From: Synechococcus sp. UW140
GTDB lineage: Bacteria; Bacteroidota; Ignavibacteria; UBA10030; UBA8401
Length of the DNA: 64,000 nt
NCBI GenBank assembly: GCA_943364975.1
Contig: CALRIY020000004.1
Coordinates: forward strand, 5,736-69,735
Direction: 5' to 3'
Shown: in pieces, positions 9,423-19,131 of the stretch
How the letters are laid out: each line of letters starts with the position of its first letter
Numbering within the stretch: the stretch's first letter is position 1
The notes under the pieces: model-generated
The model's database searches: none
Told to the model about the DNA's origin: nothing
What the model saw: only the letters and a program-made list of their open reading frames with translations
Translations under genes and position numbers: made by a program

Positions 9423-10853
9423 ATGAAACTGTTCGTGCTTTCGCTGTTGACCATCGTTTCGCTCGTGATCCCGCAGGAGAACGATGTATTGAAATACATC
9501 CAGTATGATACCGAAATCATTTCGCCGGCGGAATATAAAGTGCGCCGTGACTCGGTGATGAACATGATCGGACCGGATGCAGCGGCAGTCTTCTATTCCG
9601 CGCCGGAGCGGATGCGCAACGGTGATGTGGATTATCTTTACCGTCAAGGGGACAATTTCTATTATCTGACGGGATTTACGGAACCGAATTCGATGCTCAT
9701 CCTTTCCCCCAAAGGAATCCGGGTGAAAGTGAATGATTCCACAACGGTCACGGCGAAGGAGATCCTGTTCGTACAGTCCAAGAATCCTCTTGCCGAAGCG
9801 TGGACCGGCAGACGTTACGGGACCGAAGGAGGGATGAAACTGATCGGCGTGCAGCTGGCGGTGAACAACGATAAATTCAAGCAGGTGTTCCAGCAGACGT
9901 TGTTTTCGGGGATCAAATATCTGTACGTCCAGTCCATCACATCCGATGTTTCGGGGGGATTGAAAGAACTGCTGGCGCCGGTATCGTCGTATATCGACAA
10001 TACAAAACGGTTCAATTCCAAAGTGGAGCTCCGCGATCCGAATGCGATGGTGCATACGATGCGCATCATCAAATCCAAACAGGAGATCGAGATGCTGCGG
10101 AAAGCATCCGAGATCAGCGCGGTAGCGCATCAGCAGGCGATGGCTTCGGTGGAACCGGGTATGTATGAGTACGAAGTGCAGGCGCTGTATGAGTATGCGT
10201 TCCAGCGGCAGGGATCGGAGTTCTACGGATACCCCTGCATCAACGGAGCAGCGGAAAATTCTGTGATCCTGCATTACAATACCAACCGGAAAAAGATCAA
10301 CAACGGCGATATCGTCCTGTCGGACTGCGCTGCGGAATACCGCGGTTACTCCAGCGATGTCACACGTTCATATCCGGCGAACGGAAAGTTCACCAAGGAA
10401 CAGAGAGAGATCTATCAGATCGTCCTGAACTCACAGAAGGCGGCGATCGCAAAGATGAAGCCGGGCATATTATGGAGCGAGGTCTCAGCGGCGGCGGATT
10501 CGGTGATCGCCGAAGGATTGTTCGCACTCGGCATCATCAAACAGAAGGAAGGAATGGGATTCAAGAAATTCTATAATCACGGTCTCGGTCATCCGGTGGG
10601 ACTGAATGTGCATGATGTCGGCCAGTCCACCCTTGCAGCAGGGATGCTCTATACTGTGGAACCGGGGATCTATATTCCGGAAAAGAGCGAGGGAGTGGAT
10701 GCAAAGTATTTCAATATCGGGATCCGTATCGAAGATGTGATCCTCGTGACCGACACCGGGAACGAGAATCTCTCCATCGCTGCTCCGCGCGAGATCAATG
10801 AGATCGAGACGCTGATGAAGAAGAAAGGGATCGGTAATCAGCCGTTGAAATAA
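9423..10853 (+). CDS. pepP: Xaa-Pro aminopeptidase (peptidase M24B), secreted
   Basis: Internal ATG at 9423 after AAGGAGAA; signal peptide MKLFVLSLLTIVSLVIPQ. M24B metal-ligand context: DIVLSDCAAEYRGYSSDVTR, HGLGHPVGLNVHD, EPGIY, IRIED. Confidence 0.85.
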   Translation: MKLFVLSLLTIVSLVIPQENDVLKYIQYDTEIISPAEYKVRRDSVMNMIGPDAAAVFYSAPERMRNGDVDYLYRQGDNFYYLTGFTEPNSMLILSPKGIRVKVNDSTTVTAKEILFVQSKNPLAEAWTGRRYGTEGGMKLIGVQLAVNNDKFKQVFQQTLFSGIKYLYVQSITSDVSGGLKELLAPVSSYIDNTKRFNSKVELRDPNAMVHTMRIIKSKQEIEMLRKASEISAVAHQQAMASVEPGMYEYEVQALYEYAFQRQGSEFYGYPCINGAAENSVILHYNTNRKKINNGDIVLSDCAAEYRGYSSDVTRSYPANGKFTKEQREIYQIVLNSQKAAIAKMKPGILWSEVSAAADSVIAEGLFALGIIKQKEGMGFKKFYNHGLGHPVGLNVHDVGQSTLAAGMLYTVEPGIYIPEKSEGVDAKYFNIGIRIEDVILVTDTGNENLSIAAPREINEIETLMKKKGIGNQPLK

Positions 10854-10860
10854 TATATTT

Positions 10861-10916
10861 TGCCACAGATTGCACAGATGAAAACAATATTTCAATAATC
10901 TGTGTAATCTGTGGCA
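10861..10916. terminator. bidirectional terminator hairpin between convergent pepP and ada (GCCACA hairpin family)
   Basis: 19-nt arms TGCCACAGATTGCACAGAT (10861-10879) and ATCTGTGTAATCTGTGGCA (10898-10916), one mismatch, AT-rich loop. Confidence 0.65.
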
Positions 10917-10921
10917 TTGAC

Positions 10922-11962
10922 TTACGAATGCTCTTTCTCAAAATCCAGCAGCCACTTCTTCCTCCACAATCCTCCTCCGTAACCGGTCAAAGTTCCGTCG
11001 TTGCCGATCACTCTATGACATGGAATGACGATGGAGATCCTGTTGCAGCCGTTCGCGTTGGCAACGGCGCGGACCGCTTTCGCATTCTTCACCCGCTTCG
11101 CCTGTTCCTTATATGAGACAGTCTCGCCGTAGGGGATCGTGTGCAGCTGCTTCCACGCCTCATTCTGGAAATCCGTTCCGGGAGTAACGAGCGGAACCGA
11201 GAACTTCTTCCGTTTCCCGTCAAAATATTCCTTCAGCTCGATCTGCAGTTTCTCCAAATGTCTGTTCATACCGAACAGGATCTGTCCGTTCAGCCGTTTG
11301 CGGATGTCGCGTAATTCTCTTTCCAGCATTCTCCGGTCGGTGTATTCCAGCAGACAGATCCCATCGTCCGTCGCGCAGGCGAACATCGGTCCGAGCGGAG
11401 TGGTGAAGCGGGTGATAGTGATGATCGTTGTTGCTGCATGTGAGGAGGGAGCCGTTCCGATCAGCGAGCGGAATGCATCGCTGAATCCGCTCAATGATCC
11501 GTATCCGCTGTCGAATGCGGCCGAGGTGATGGTCTCGCCGCCGGAAAGTTTTTTGAACGCGCTGTTGATCCGCATCATCCGCTGATATCCCTGAAAAGTG
11601 ATGCCGTGATTTTTCTTGAACCACCGGCGGACGCGGTTCGGTTCGATGTTCATGGAGCGGAGATCGCCGTCCTTCAATTTTGCGAGCGGATCATCCGTGA
11701 TACGGGAAAGGATCTTTTTGATCTCCGCAGGTGCATCTCCGGGGACGGTCATCGGCGAACAGACCTTACAGGGACGGTAACCGTGAAGGATCGCATCCTT
11801 CTGCGTGGTAAAATATTCCACATTTTCCCGTTTCGGCTTCCGCGCGGTGCAGGTAGGACGGCAGAAAATTCCGGTCGTTTTGATGGCGGCGTAGAATGTC
11901 CCCTCGAAGGAACTGTCCTTTTTCAACAGGGCTTGATACATGGTGTTCGACGTCAGTCTCAT
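10922..11962 (-). CDS. ada: bifunctional Ada: AraC-type transcriptional activator / methylated-DNA-protein-cysteine methyltransferase
   Basis: N-terminal Ada zinc-binding region FCRPTCTARKPKRENVEYF, a central AraC HTH region, and the C-terminal MGMT active site IVIPCHRVIG; 346 aa. Confidence 0.85.
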   Translation of the reverse strand: MRLTSNTMYQALLKKDSSFEGTFYAAIKTTGIFCRPTCTARKPKRENVEYFTTQKDAILHGYRPCKVCSPMTVPGDAPAEIKKILSRITDDPLAKLKDGDLRSMNIEPNRVRRWFKKNHGITFQGYQRMMRINSAFKKLSGGETITSAAFDSGYGSLSGFSDAFRSLIGTAPSSHAATTIITITRFTTPLGPMFACATDDGICLLEYTDRRMLERELRDIRKRLNGQILFGMNRHLEKLQIELKEYFDGKRKKFSVPLVTPGTDFQNEAWKQLHTIPYGETVSYKEQAKRVKNAKAVRAVANANGCNRISIVIPCHRVIGNDGTLTGYGGGLWRKKWLLDFEKEHS

Positions 11963-12049
11963 GGTGTTTTTTTATGAACAATATAGCGCATCCGGCACCA
12001 CGGTGACAACCGAAAAATTGACAGGGAATTTTTCTTAGGAAAAATGATA

Positions 12050-12116
12050 GGATGCTGGATACAGGATGCAGGTTTCAGGATTGAGGATTCAAGATGCAAG
12101 TTTCAGGATGTTGGAT
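12050..12116. repeat. phased degenerate heptamer repeat (NNNGGAT)n
   Basis: GGAT (once AGAT) recurs at 12050, 12057, 12064, 12078, 12085, 12092, 12106 and 12113. All spacings are multiples of 7. Confidence 0.7.
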
Positions 12117-12329
12117 GAGAGCCGAGTTCTTTATTCAATAGCGGTGCGGACAGGACCGTCACCCTGAAACTCCCATCATAGAGATCGCGGGCTGGTCATT
12201 CAGGGTGACGGCTTGCAATTTGTTTGTAATAATAATGTTTTCTGCGAGATCAGTTCATTTTTGTGAGGATCAGTATCCCTACATATTAGTGATCATTCGT
12301 GTTATTCGTGGAGAGCTTTTGTTACTGCA

Positions 12330-13607
12330 TCACGCCAATTCAAGTTCTTCCACTTTCACGCACTCCAGCGCTTGTTCGATATCCGCGATCAGATCGTCGT
12401 AATGTTCCACGCCGACGGAAAGACGAATAAGCTGTCCGGTAATGTGCAGATCCAGTTTCTCCGCTTCGTCGATATCCACATGCGTCATCGTCGCGGGATG
12501 TTCGGCGAGACTCTCCGTGCTGCCGAGACTGACGGCAAGTTTGATCAGTTTCAGATTGTTCAGGAACATGAATGCTTCCTTCTCGCCGCCGACGATATCG
12601 AATGAGAGCATAGCGCCGGGCGAGAGGCATTGTTTTTTGAAGAGCTTGTACTGTACCGGATTTTTCTCGTCGAGAAAACCAAGATAATTCACCCGTTCGA
12701 TCTTCGGATGGTGCTGTAAGAATTCCGCCACATGCTTCGCGTTGCGCGCCTGCGATTCCATTCTCACTTTCAGTGTTTCCAGACTTCGCAACAGCAGCCA
12801 GCCGGTCCACGGTCCCGCCATGTTGCCGAGGAATGTCCGCAGTGTTTTGATCCGTTTGATGACGGCGGAAGAACCGAGCACCGCGCCGGCGATCACGTCG
12901 CTGTGTCCGCCGATGTATTTGGTGGCGGAGTAGAGGACGATATCGGCGCCGTGTTTCAGCGGATGCTGCCAGAGAGGACCGAAGTACGTATTGTCCACGG
13001 TCAGCAGGACCGTCTTTGCCTCGGTGGAATAATACTGTGCGATATCCTCGCAGCAGGCGATGTCGATCAGATCGTTGGTGGGATTCGCCGGAGTTTCAAT
13101 ATAGATCATCTTCAACGATTCGGCGTGTCCGCTTTGATTGACGATGTCGATGATCTTTTCGCGGGATTGTCCCGCCTTGAAGCGGATGATGTTGATGCCG
13201 AACTGTGTCAGTACATGCTGCAGAAAATGTTCCGTTCCTCCGTACAGCGGCGAGCTGTAGAGAATGGTATCGCCCGGTTTCAGGAATTCCAGCAGCACAG
13301 TGGAGATGGCGGACATGCCGCTCTCGAAGACGGCGCAGTCCTCCGCTTCATCCCAGAGCGTCAGACGGTTCTCCAGAATTTCGAGGTCGGGGTTATTGAT
13401 GCGGCTGTAAATGAGTCCCATCTTCTCATTCGGACGCTGATCCCGTTTTCCATATGCTACTTCGAAGAACGCTTTTCCCTCTTCGGCGGTCTTGAAGACA
13501 AAGGTGGATGTTTGAAAGATCGGACATTTGATCGCCCCTTCGGACCATTCGGGATTGTATCCGTAGGACATCATGAGGCTTTCGGGGTGGAGTGTTCTGT
13601 TATTCAC
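12330..13607 (-). CDS. Cys/Met-metabolism PLP-dependent enzyme (cystathionine gamma-synthase / methionine gamma-lyase family)
   Basis: PLP-lysine context YSATKYIGGHSDVIAG and family-typical IYSRINNPD and ESGMSAI segments; 425 aa. Confidence 0.8.
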   Translation of the reverse strand: MNNRTLHPESLMMSYGYNPEWSEGAIKCPIFQTSTFVFKTAEEGKAFFEVAYGKRDQRPNEKMGLIYSRINNPDLEILENRLTLWDEAEDCAVFESGMSAISTVLLEFLKPGDTILYSSPLYGGTEHFLQHVLTQFGINIIRFKAGQSREKIIDIVNQSGHAESLKMIYIETPANPTNDLIDIACCEDIAQYYSTEAKTVLLTVDNTYFGPLWQHPLKHGADIVLYSATKYIGGHSDVIAGAVLGSSAVIKRIKTLRTFLGNMAGPWTGWLLLRSLETLKVRMESQARNAKHVAEFLQHHPKIERVNYLGFLDEKNPVQYKLFKKQCLSPGAMLSFDIVGGEKEAFMFLNNLKLIKLAVSLGSTESLAEHPATMTHVDIDEAEKLDLHITGQLIRLSVGVEHYDDLIADIEQALECVKVEELELA

Positions 13608-14055
13608 GGCGGATTCCTTTTTAAAATGGACGATGCGTTCTGCAGAGAACTTCTCCGCAGAATGAACGGAAAGGGATCACGTCAGAAGTGAACGCGGGCG
13701 AAGGTGGTCTTGGGTTGAGGCATAGGAACCTCTCAATGGAGAATTGTTTTTTCGCCGCAGATGGCACAGTTAATGTCGATCAAAGAACATCGATCTGTGT
13801 CACCCAGGGTAATGATAGAACAAAAATACTTGTGAAAAGTCCGGTAAGCAATATGGAACTTGAGGGAAGAAATATTATATCGAAGGAAAGCAGAGTTCAT
13901 TGTCTGTAATTCCTTCAACTTCTCAAGCGAAACTTGGGAAGGTGAAGGTGAATACCGATCTGTGACGATCCGCCCGATTCCTGCCTGCCCTCCTGCAGTC
14001 TGCGACTCGAAGTGCAGGTAGAGCTTCAGTCAAACGTGTGCTATTGAGGGAATAC

Positions 14056-16395
14056 TCAATCCCAATCCTCATCATCGATCTCGCAGAGAACGGATTCAAG
14101 ATCATTGAACTTGATCCCTTCCGGTTTCAGAGGCAGGACGGGGAATTCGAATTCCGTTACCGGTCCTTTGATCAGGTAGCGAAGACGTGCGAAGCGTTTC
14201 TCTCCGAAATCGATGAGGAAAGGGACATACATCTGAAAATCGTCCGGAACATTTGTCTGTTTGACTGTACACTTTACTTTGAATTTTCCATTCTCCAGTT
14301 CTTCCAGTTTGTAGAGGATATTATACGTCGGCACCTCCGTATTATAGACCCATTGTTTGAAGAACCAATCCATCGGGATCTTGAAGTGTTTCTCGGTCAT
14401 TTTCCGGAAATCGTCCGTTGTGGCACTTCGTCCTTTATAGGTCTGATAAAAATCTTTCATCAGATTCTGAAAGATATCCTCTTTCATCGTCTTCAACTCA
14501 AGTCCCATATTACGAAGCATGTGAAGAACCCAAGCCCCTTTCCGGTAAATGATCAGATTGTAATCTCCCGCGGTCGTGCTGGAACTGGTGCGGTACCCGA
14601 GCCAGATCGGTCCGGCTTCCTGTCCGCTGCCGAAAAGATACTTTCTGTTCGTCAGAATCAGCTCTTTATATTCACGGATCTGGTCGAAGAATTTCTCGTT
14701 GTCCCGGATGACCATCTGCATGTACCAGAGGCCGGAGTACGTGGCGAATCCTTCGCTGATCCACTGGTCGTGATATGTGCTGAAATCGACGCCGGCCGCC
14801 CACCATTGATGCGCTACTTCGTGTGCGCGGAAGGTCTGCTGCGATCCGTCCGTTCCGGTGTTTTGAAATGTGATCCATGAAAGATGGACAAGTCCCGGAA
14901 ACGCCTCGCCGTGATTTCCGGGAATCTCGGCAGCATAGAATTGATCAACGGAAGAGGGGCCGTAGACATGTTGAAAAAACTTGATGCTGTTCTCGATATC
15001 ACCGGCAACCTGCTGATCCATATTTTTTCCGGACATCAATCCCCGGACTGCGAGATAATTTCTCACTTCTGCATCGTGTGCAGCAGAGACCAGGACGGTC
15101 ACCGGAGGAATACTGTCCGGCGTGACCGAATATTCCTTGAAGACGCCGATGATGAACGAGGCATTCCTTCCCGGAACGGCGAGTTTCCATTCGGAAATCG
15201 TGTTGTCTCCTTCCGTTGCAGAAGAGATCTTTTTTCCGATGCTCGCCAGCTGATACCGTGAGGGGAAAGTGAATCGAAGATCGAATGTGGCTTTATCAAG
15301 TCCCGTCACCGATCGAGGATACCATCCGATGGAAGATCGAAGAGAATACCACCCCTCATCTTTTTCGATCACCTCACCATGTGTGTGACAGGTGATCGTG
15401 TACGATTTTCCTTTTGAGAATCCGCCGCTGTCATACAGCCAAAAAATGCCCGATTCATTGTTCCGCACAAAATCGCACTTTCGTCCATCAGGCAGTGTGA
15501 TCGAATCGATGACGATCCTATGGTACAGACTCATCATGATCCATTTTCGTCCCTCATGTTCGGCGGTGAAGGAGATCTGTGCTCTGGTTGTCATCTGCAG
15601 ATCGGATGCGATCCGATTGTCGAGAGTGTACGCAGTGATGTCGATCTCCGGTTTCGGGTCATTGACAACAGTTGGTCCCCGGCTGTATTCATGCTGCCGA
15701 TGGAACTGCAGGATCGTTTCACGGGCACCTCCCGCGGAGAATGCGATCCTGGTGCTGTTGATCGTTCCAAATGATACTTCTTCTTCATCGAACGGATCGA
15801 TCTCAAAAAAATAGGCTTTGTCGCCGGACGAAGCGAATAAGGAATAGAACATTTCTGGAGAGTCGTTAAAAAGGAAAGGACGAAGGAGGTCATGATCGAT
15901 CTCATCATTTTCCTTGTATGTTACAACTTTCATTGATTGTTTGACCGCAGAGAGAACCTCAGATGACGGCGGCATGTCGGAAAAGACGCACCGCCGGGAA
16001 ATTTCCTGATATGTGGAATCGGTGAAAAGGAGATAGAGTGACTTGATCTCAAGCGGAAACAGTCCGTCTTCATAGAATCGTTCCAACTGCTTCTTCTCTA
16101 TTTCCGTCGAAGGCGTGATCGTCACAGTTCCTTTACCAAGAAATAACAATGCATGCACGGAATCGTTGATCTTCGGCAGCCGGTAGATCTTGCCGGTCAA
16201 CAGGGTAAAGATGGCGGCATCACGCCGAAGGGCCACATTCTCTATGGGAGAAACGCCGATTGGATCCGCTGACAATGGAAGGAATTGAGCAGATAAACGG
16301 TCGTATGACCGTCGTGCCGCAGATGGGACAGTCCGATCCTTTGCTTCTGAAAGAAATGAAATGAACAGGATGAGAAAAGAAAGGATGACTTTCAT
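14056..16395 (-). CDS. M1-family zinc aminopeptidase (aminopeptidase N-like), secreted
   Basis: HEXXH-18-E signature HEVAHQWW...WISEGFATY. The start at 16395 (MKVILSFLILFISFLSEA signal peptide) avoids overlap with the upstream gene. Confidence 0.85.
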   Translation of the reverse strand: MKVILSFLILFISFLSEAKDRTVPSAARRSYDRLSAQFLPLSADPIGVSPIENVALRRDAAIFTLLTGKIYRLPKINDSVHALLFLGKGTVTITPSTEIEKKQLERFYEDGLFPLEIKSLYLLFTDSTYQEISRRCVFSDMPPSSEVLSAVKQSMKVVTYKENDEIDHDLLRPFLFNDSPEMFYSLFASSGDKAYFFEIDPFDEEEVSFGTINSTRIAFSAGGARETILQFHRQHEYSRGPTVVNDPKPEIDITAYTLDNRIASDLQMTTRAQISFTAEHEGRKWIMMSLYHRIVIDSITLPDGRKCDFVRNNESGIFWLYDSGGFSKGKSYTITCHTHGEVIEKDEGWYSLRSSIGWYPRSVTGLDKATFDLRFTFPSRYQLASIGKKISSATEGDNTISEWKLAVPGRNASFIIGVFKEYSVTPDSIPPVTVLVSAAHDAEVRNYLAVRGLMSGKNMDQQVAGDIENSIKFFQHVYGPSSVDQFYAAEIPGNHGEAFPGLVHLSWITFQNTGTDGSQQTFRAHEVAHQWWAAGVDFSTYHDQWISEGFATYSGLWYMQMVIRDNEKFFDQIREYKELILTNRKYLFGSGQEAGPIWLGYRTSSSTTAGDYNLIIYRKGAWVLHMLRNMGLELKTMKEDIFQNLMKDFYQTYKGRSATTDDFRKMTEKHFKIPMDWFFKQWVYNTEVPTYNILYKLEELENGKFKVKCTVKQTNVPDDFQMYVPFLIDFGEKRFARLRYLIKGPVTEFEFPVLPLKPEGIKFNDLESVLCEIDDEDWD

Positions 16396-16420
16396 AGATG
16401 CTCCGGTATGTGCGCCGACG

Positions 16421-17716
16421 TTATTTGAGCCCGCTCGGCATGCGGGGAGAAGAGAGGAGCGCCTCAAAGACGCTCCACCGTTTCTTTTCGGAAGGGTCCT
16501 TTCCGCTCTGCTTTGTTACATATGAGCGGACCAGATCCTGACCGAGATTGTAATTGATCACGTAACTGCGGTATTTCACAATGAATTTGATGCGCTGTTC
16601 CGCGCGCGCCGAATCGAACATCGCGTACGTGGTCAGCCAGCGGAGAGCCTGATCTTTCGTGAACACGCCGTCCAGATAACCGCGCGCCGCTTCATTGCCG
16701 GCGTATGCCAATTTCCCGAAGAGGGATTGCACTTCGTAATACTGTTCGACACGCGCCGGGTCGAGTCCGGCCAGAGGAAAGAGGACTTCCTTTTCAAACC
16801 TGATCCGTTCGGTACGGGGAAGCACGACATCGATGCCGTAGTTGGCCGAACCTTCCGCGATGAGGGATTGAGGACTGAAAAGAGGATAGATGCAGAATTC
16901 CTGCCATCCTTTTTTGTTGAGCAGTTCTGTTTCAAGAAGAACGTTGTAGACATGATGACCCGGATATCCTTCATGTGCGGCGAGGTCCACCGCGCGGTCG
17001 ATGAAGATCGGCAGATCGGTGTTCACCTGGATGAGACTGTGTGAATTCCCTTTATACCAATTGTAACCGCTCCACGATTTGTCCGTGACATATTCCACCA
17101 CAAAACTCTCTCCCCGGGGGAGATCGATATATTTTTTTGTCCGCGCACGGCATTCGTTGATGGCCGCGGTGAAGACCGTATCTAATTTTTCTTTCGGAAT
17201 GACGAACTGATTCCTGAACTGCTGATACCGTTCCTGGACAGATCCGGAGCCGGCCGGCAGTTTCTTATCGAGCTCTTTCAGGATCCCCTGAAAATATTTT
17301 TCGGAAAATTTCGGCGGGACGGCATCATAGAGTCGTTTCGCCTCTTCGTCGAAGGAATACGCTGTCCCCATCAGCATGTTGATCTTCGCCGAAGCCGCCG
17401 CCAATTGTTTCTGCAGATAGGTCTTCCGCAGCGCCAGCTCGGAATTCTTTCTCGGAACCCGGACGCGCTTCAGGCGGGTGATGATGGCATCGGTGCGGTC
17501 GCGGAGCGCCGTCAGCTGCGGTTTGAGCTGTTTGGAAGCTTCCTGCCACTCTTTCGGTCCGTAATACGCATCCACATAATCCGGATCGTGCAGACCGATG
17601 TCCAGCACCAGCCGGACGTACTGTTCGGCGATATTATCAAGAGTGATCACCGGAACCTGTTTCCGTTGTGCAACGGAGAGCATGGTGATGATGGAAAGCA
17701 TGGCGAGTAGTTTCAT
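16421..17716 (-). CDS. DUF885-like putative metallopeptidase, secreted
   Basis: Signal peptide plus the HEGYPGHHVYN motif characteristic of DUF885 (HExxPGHH); 431 aa, shorter than typical family members. Confidence 0.65.
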   Translation of the reverse strand: MKLLAMLSIITMLSVAQRKQVPVITLDNIAEQYVRLVLDIGLHDPDYVDAYYGPKEWQEASKQLKPQLTALRDRTDAIITRLKRVRVPRKNSELALRKTYLQKQLAAASAKINMLMGTAYSFDEEAKRLYDAVPPKFSEKYFQGILKELDKKLPAGSGSVQERYQQFRNQFVIPKEKLDTVFTAAINECRARTKKYIDLPRGESFVVEYVTDKSWSGYNWYKGNSHSLIQVNTDLPIFIDRAVDLAAHEGYPGHHVYNVLLETELLNKKGWQEFCIYPLFSPQSLIAEGSANYGIDVVLPRTERIRFEKEVLFPLAGLDPARVEQYYEVQSLFGKLAYAGNEAARGYLDGVFTKDQALRWLTTYAMFDSARAEQRIKFIVKYRSYVINYNLGQDLVRSYVTKQSGKDPSEKKRWSVFEALLSSPRMPSGLK

Positions 17717-17822
17717 TTAATTCCTGCATGATGAGTTATGAATTTTCAGGATCATTACCGTGCGTATCACATCAACCCTGCTTTTCTGTTTTGGTTTTTA
17801 TTTCCGCCGGCAGTGTAAATAA

Positions 17823-17863
17823 TTCTCCATTCTCCATTCTTCATTCTCCATTCTTCATTCTCA
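17823..17863. repeat. heptamer tandem repeat (TTCTYCA)x6
   Basis: ttctcca ttctcca ttcttca ttctcca ttcttca ttctca; the last unit contains the stop codon of the SDR gene. The reverse complement is (A)TGRAGA, the same word as at 58469-58510. Confidence 0.85.
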
Positions 17864-18637
17864 ACTGCTCTTCCGGTGCACCATCGTCGGCGCGGATTGA
17901 TCGGTGGTCATCAGGACGATATTGTTCACGTTCACGTGAGCCGGACGGGTTGCCGCCCATACGATCGACTCGGCGATATCATCCGGCGTGAGGGGGGAGA
18001 GTCCTTCGTACACTTTCTTCGCCCGTTCGCTGTCTCCGCGGAAGCGGACAATACTGAACTCCGTCTCCACCAGTCCGGGATCGATGGAGGTGACGCGGAT
18101 CGGGGTCCCGAGCAGATCCATTTTCAATCCCTGGGAAAGTGCATTCACCGCAAATTTTGTTGCTGCGTACACATTTCCCTTCGGATAGGTCCAGTGACCG
18201 GCAACGGAGCCGATATTGATCACGTGTCCTGCGTTCCGCTCGATCATTCCCGGAAGAACAGCGCGGGTGATATAAAGGAGTCCCTTCACATTGGTATCGA
18301 TCATCTCATCCCAATCCTCGATCTTCGCTTCCTGGAGATTATCCAAACCGCGGGACAATCCGGCGTTGTTTACCAGGACGGAGATCGATCTCCATTCTTC
18401 GGGAAGTTCATTCAGTCTTTTTTCGACCGCTTTCTGATCACGGACATCCAAAACGAATGAATGGGTCTTCACCCCGTACGTAGACCCCAGTTCATTTGCA
18501 ATCGCGGTTATTTTTTCTTTGCGGCGCGCGCAGATCAGAATGTTCGCTCCGAGCTTTGCGAATTGTACGGCGGCAGCTTTGCCGATGCCTGATGATGCGC
18601 CGGTGATGAAGACTATTTTATTCTTTAGGTCGGTCAT
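17861..18637 (-). CDS. short-chain dehydrogenase/reductase (YdfG-like NADP-dependent)
   Basis: Cofactor motif ITGASSGIGKAAA, NNAG, catalytic YAATKFAV; 258 aa. Confidence 0.85.
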   Translation of the reverse strand: MTDLKNKIVFITGASSGIGKAAAVQFAKLGANILICARRKEKITAIANELGSTYGVKTHSFVLDVRDQKAVEKRLNELPEEWRSISVLVNNAGLSRGLDNLQEAKIEDWDEMIDTNVKGLLYITRAVLPGMIERNAGHVINIGSVAGHWTYPKGNVYAATKFAVNALSQGLKMDLLGTPIRVTSIDPGLVETEFSIVRFRGDSERAKKVYEGLSPLTPDDIAESIVWAATRPAHVNVNNIVLMTTDQSAPTMVHRKSS

Positions 18638-18730
18638 AATTTTATTGTTTAGTTATTCGATGGCAAAAAGAAACCCTTCTTTGTTTTTGTTAAAGATGTG
18701 ACAGCTTCATACTTGCCCAAAATGCATTCT

Positions 18731-18873
18731 CTTCTTTTCTTGTCGGGGCAAGAAAAGAAGCAAAAGAACCCCTTGCGAAATTTAACGCGCGCGATGAATC
18801 CCGTTCGCTCTTGCCCGCCTATGGCGGGCATCCCCGTTGATGGCGCTGCGCGCCATCAAAAGTCCCGTCATTC
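18731..18873. repeat. stem-loop module cluster (REP-like)
   Basis: CTTCTTTTCTTG-tcgggg-CAAGAAAAGAAG (18731-18760), GCCCGCC-tat-GGCGGGC (18813-18829), TTGATGGCGC-tgc-GCGCCATCAA (18837-18859), then the word GTCATTC. Confidence 0.7.
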
Positions 18874-19131
18874 ATCGCTTTCCCATTCGCTCAGTCCTCC
18901 TAAATTTCGCTCCCACCCACTTTCTAACACAGTACATTTCTATGAGAAGCCTTTTTTTGGATAACAAAAATATTCTATTAATTTCAGACGCTTTGACTTG
19001 TTCCGTTACCAATTGCCTTCAATTTTGGACACACAAAGTGACAGATTCTCCATCTGTTTTAGGTTCGATTATTTAACTGTGAAATCTGTGGCAATTAAAG
19101 TAAAAAATACCTGCGTGTGAGAATAAACTTA

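Noticed and set aside
13608-13800. SAM-I (S-box) riboswitch in front of the Cys/Met PLP-enzyme gene.
   Set aside because: The conserved S-box core segments are absent on the coding strand. Only a generic hairpin is present; it is kept as a low-interest finding pending a covariance-model scan.
13733-13918. 61-aa minus-strand ORF in the long intergenic region upstream of the PLP-enzyme gene.
   Set aside because: It is AT-rich with no RBS, no motif and an odd composition (Cys/Ile/Phe-rich). The region is more likely promoter or leader DNA.
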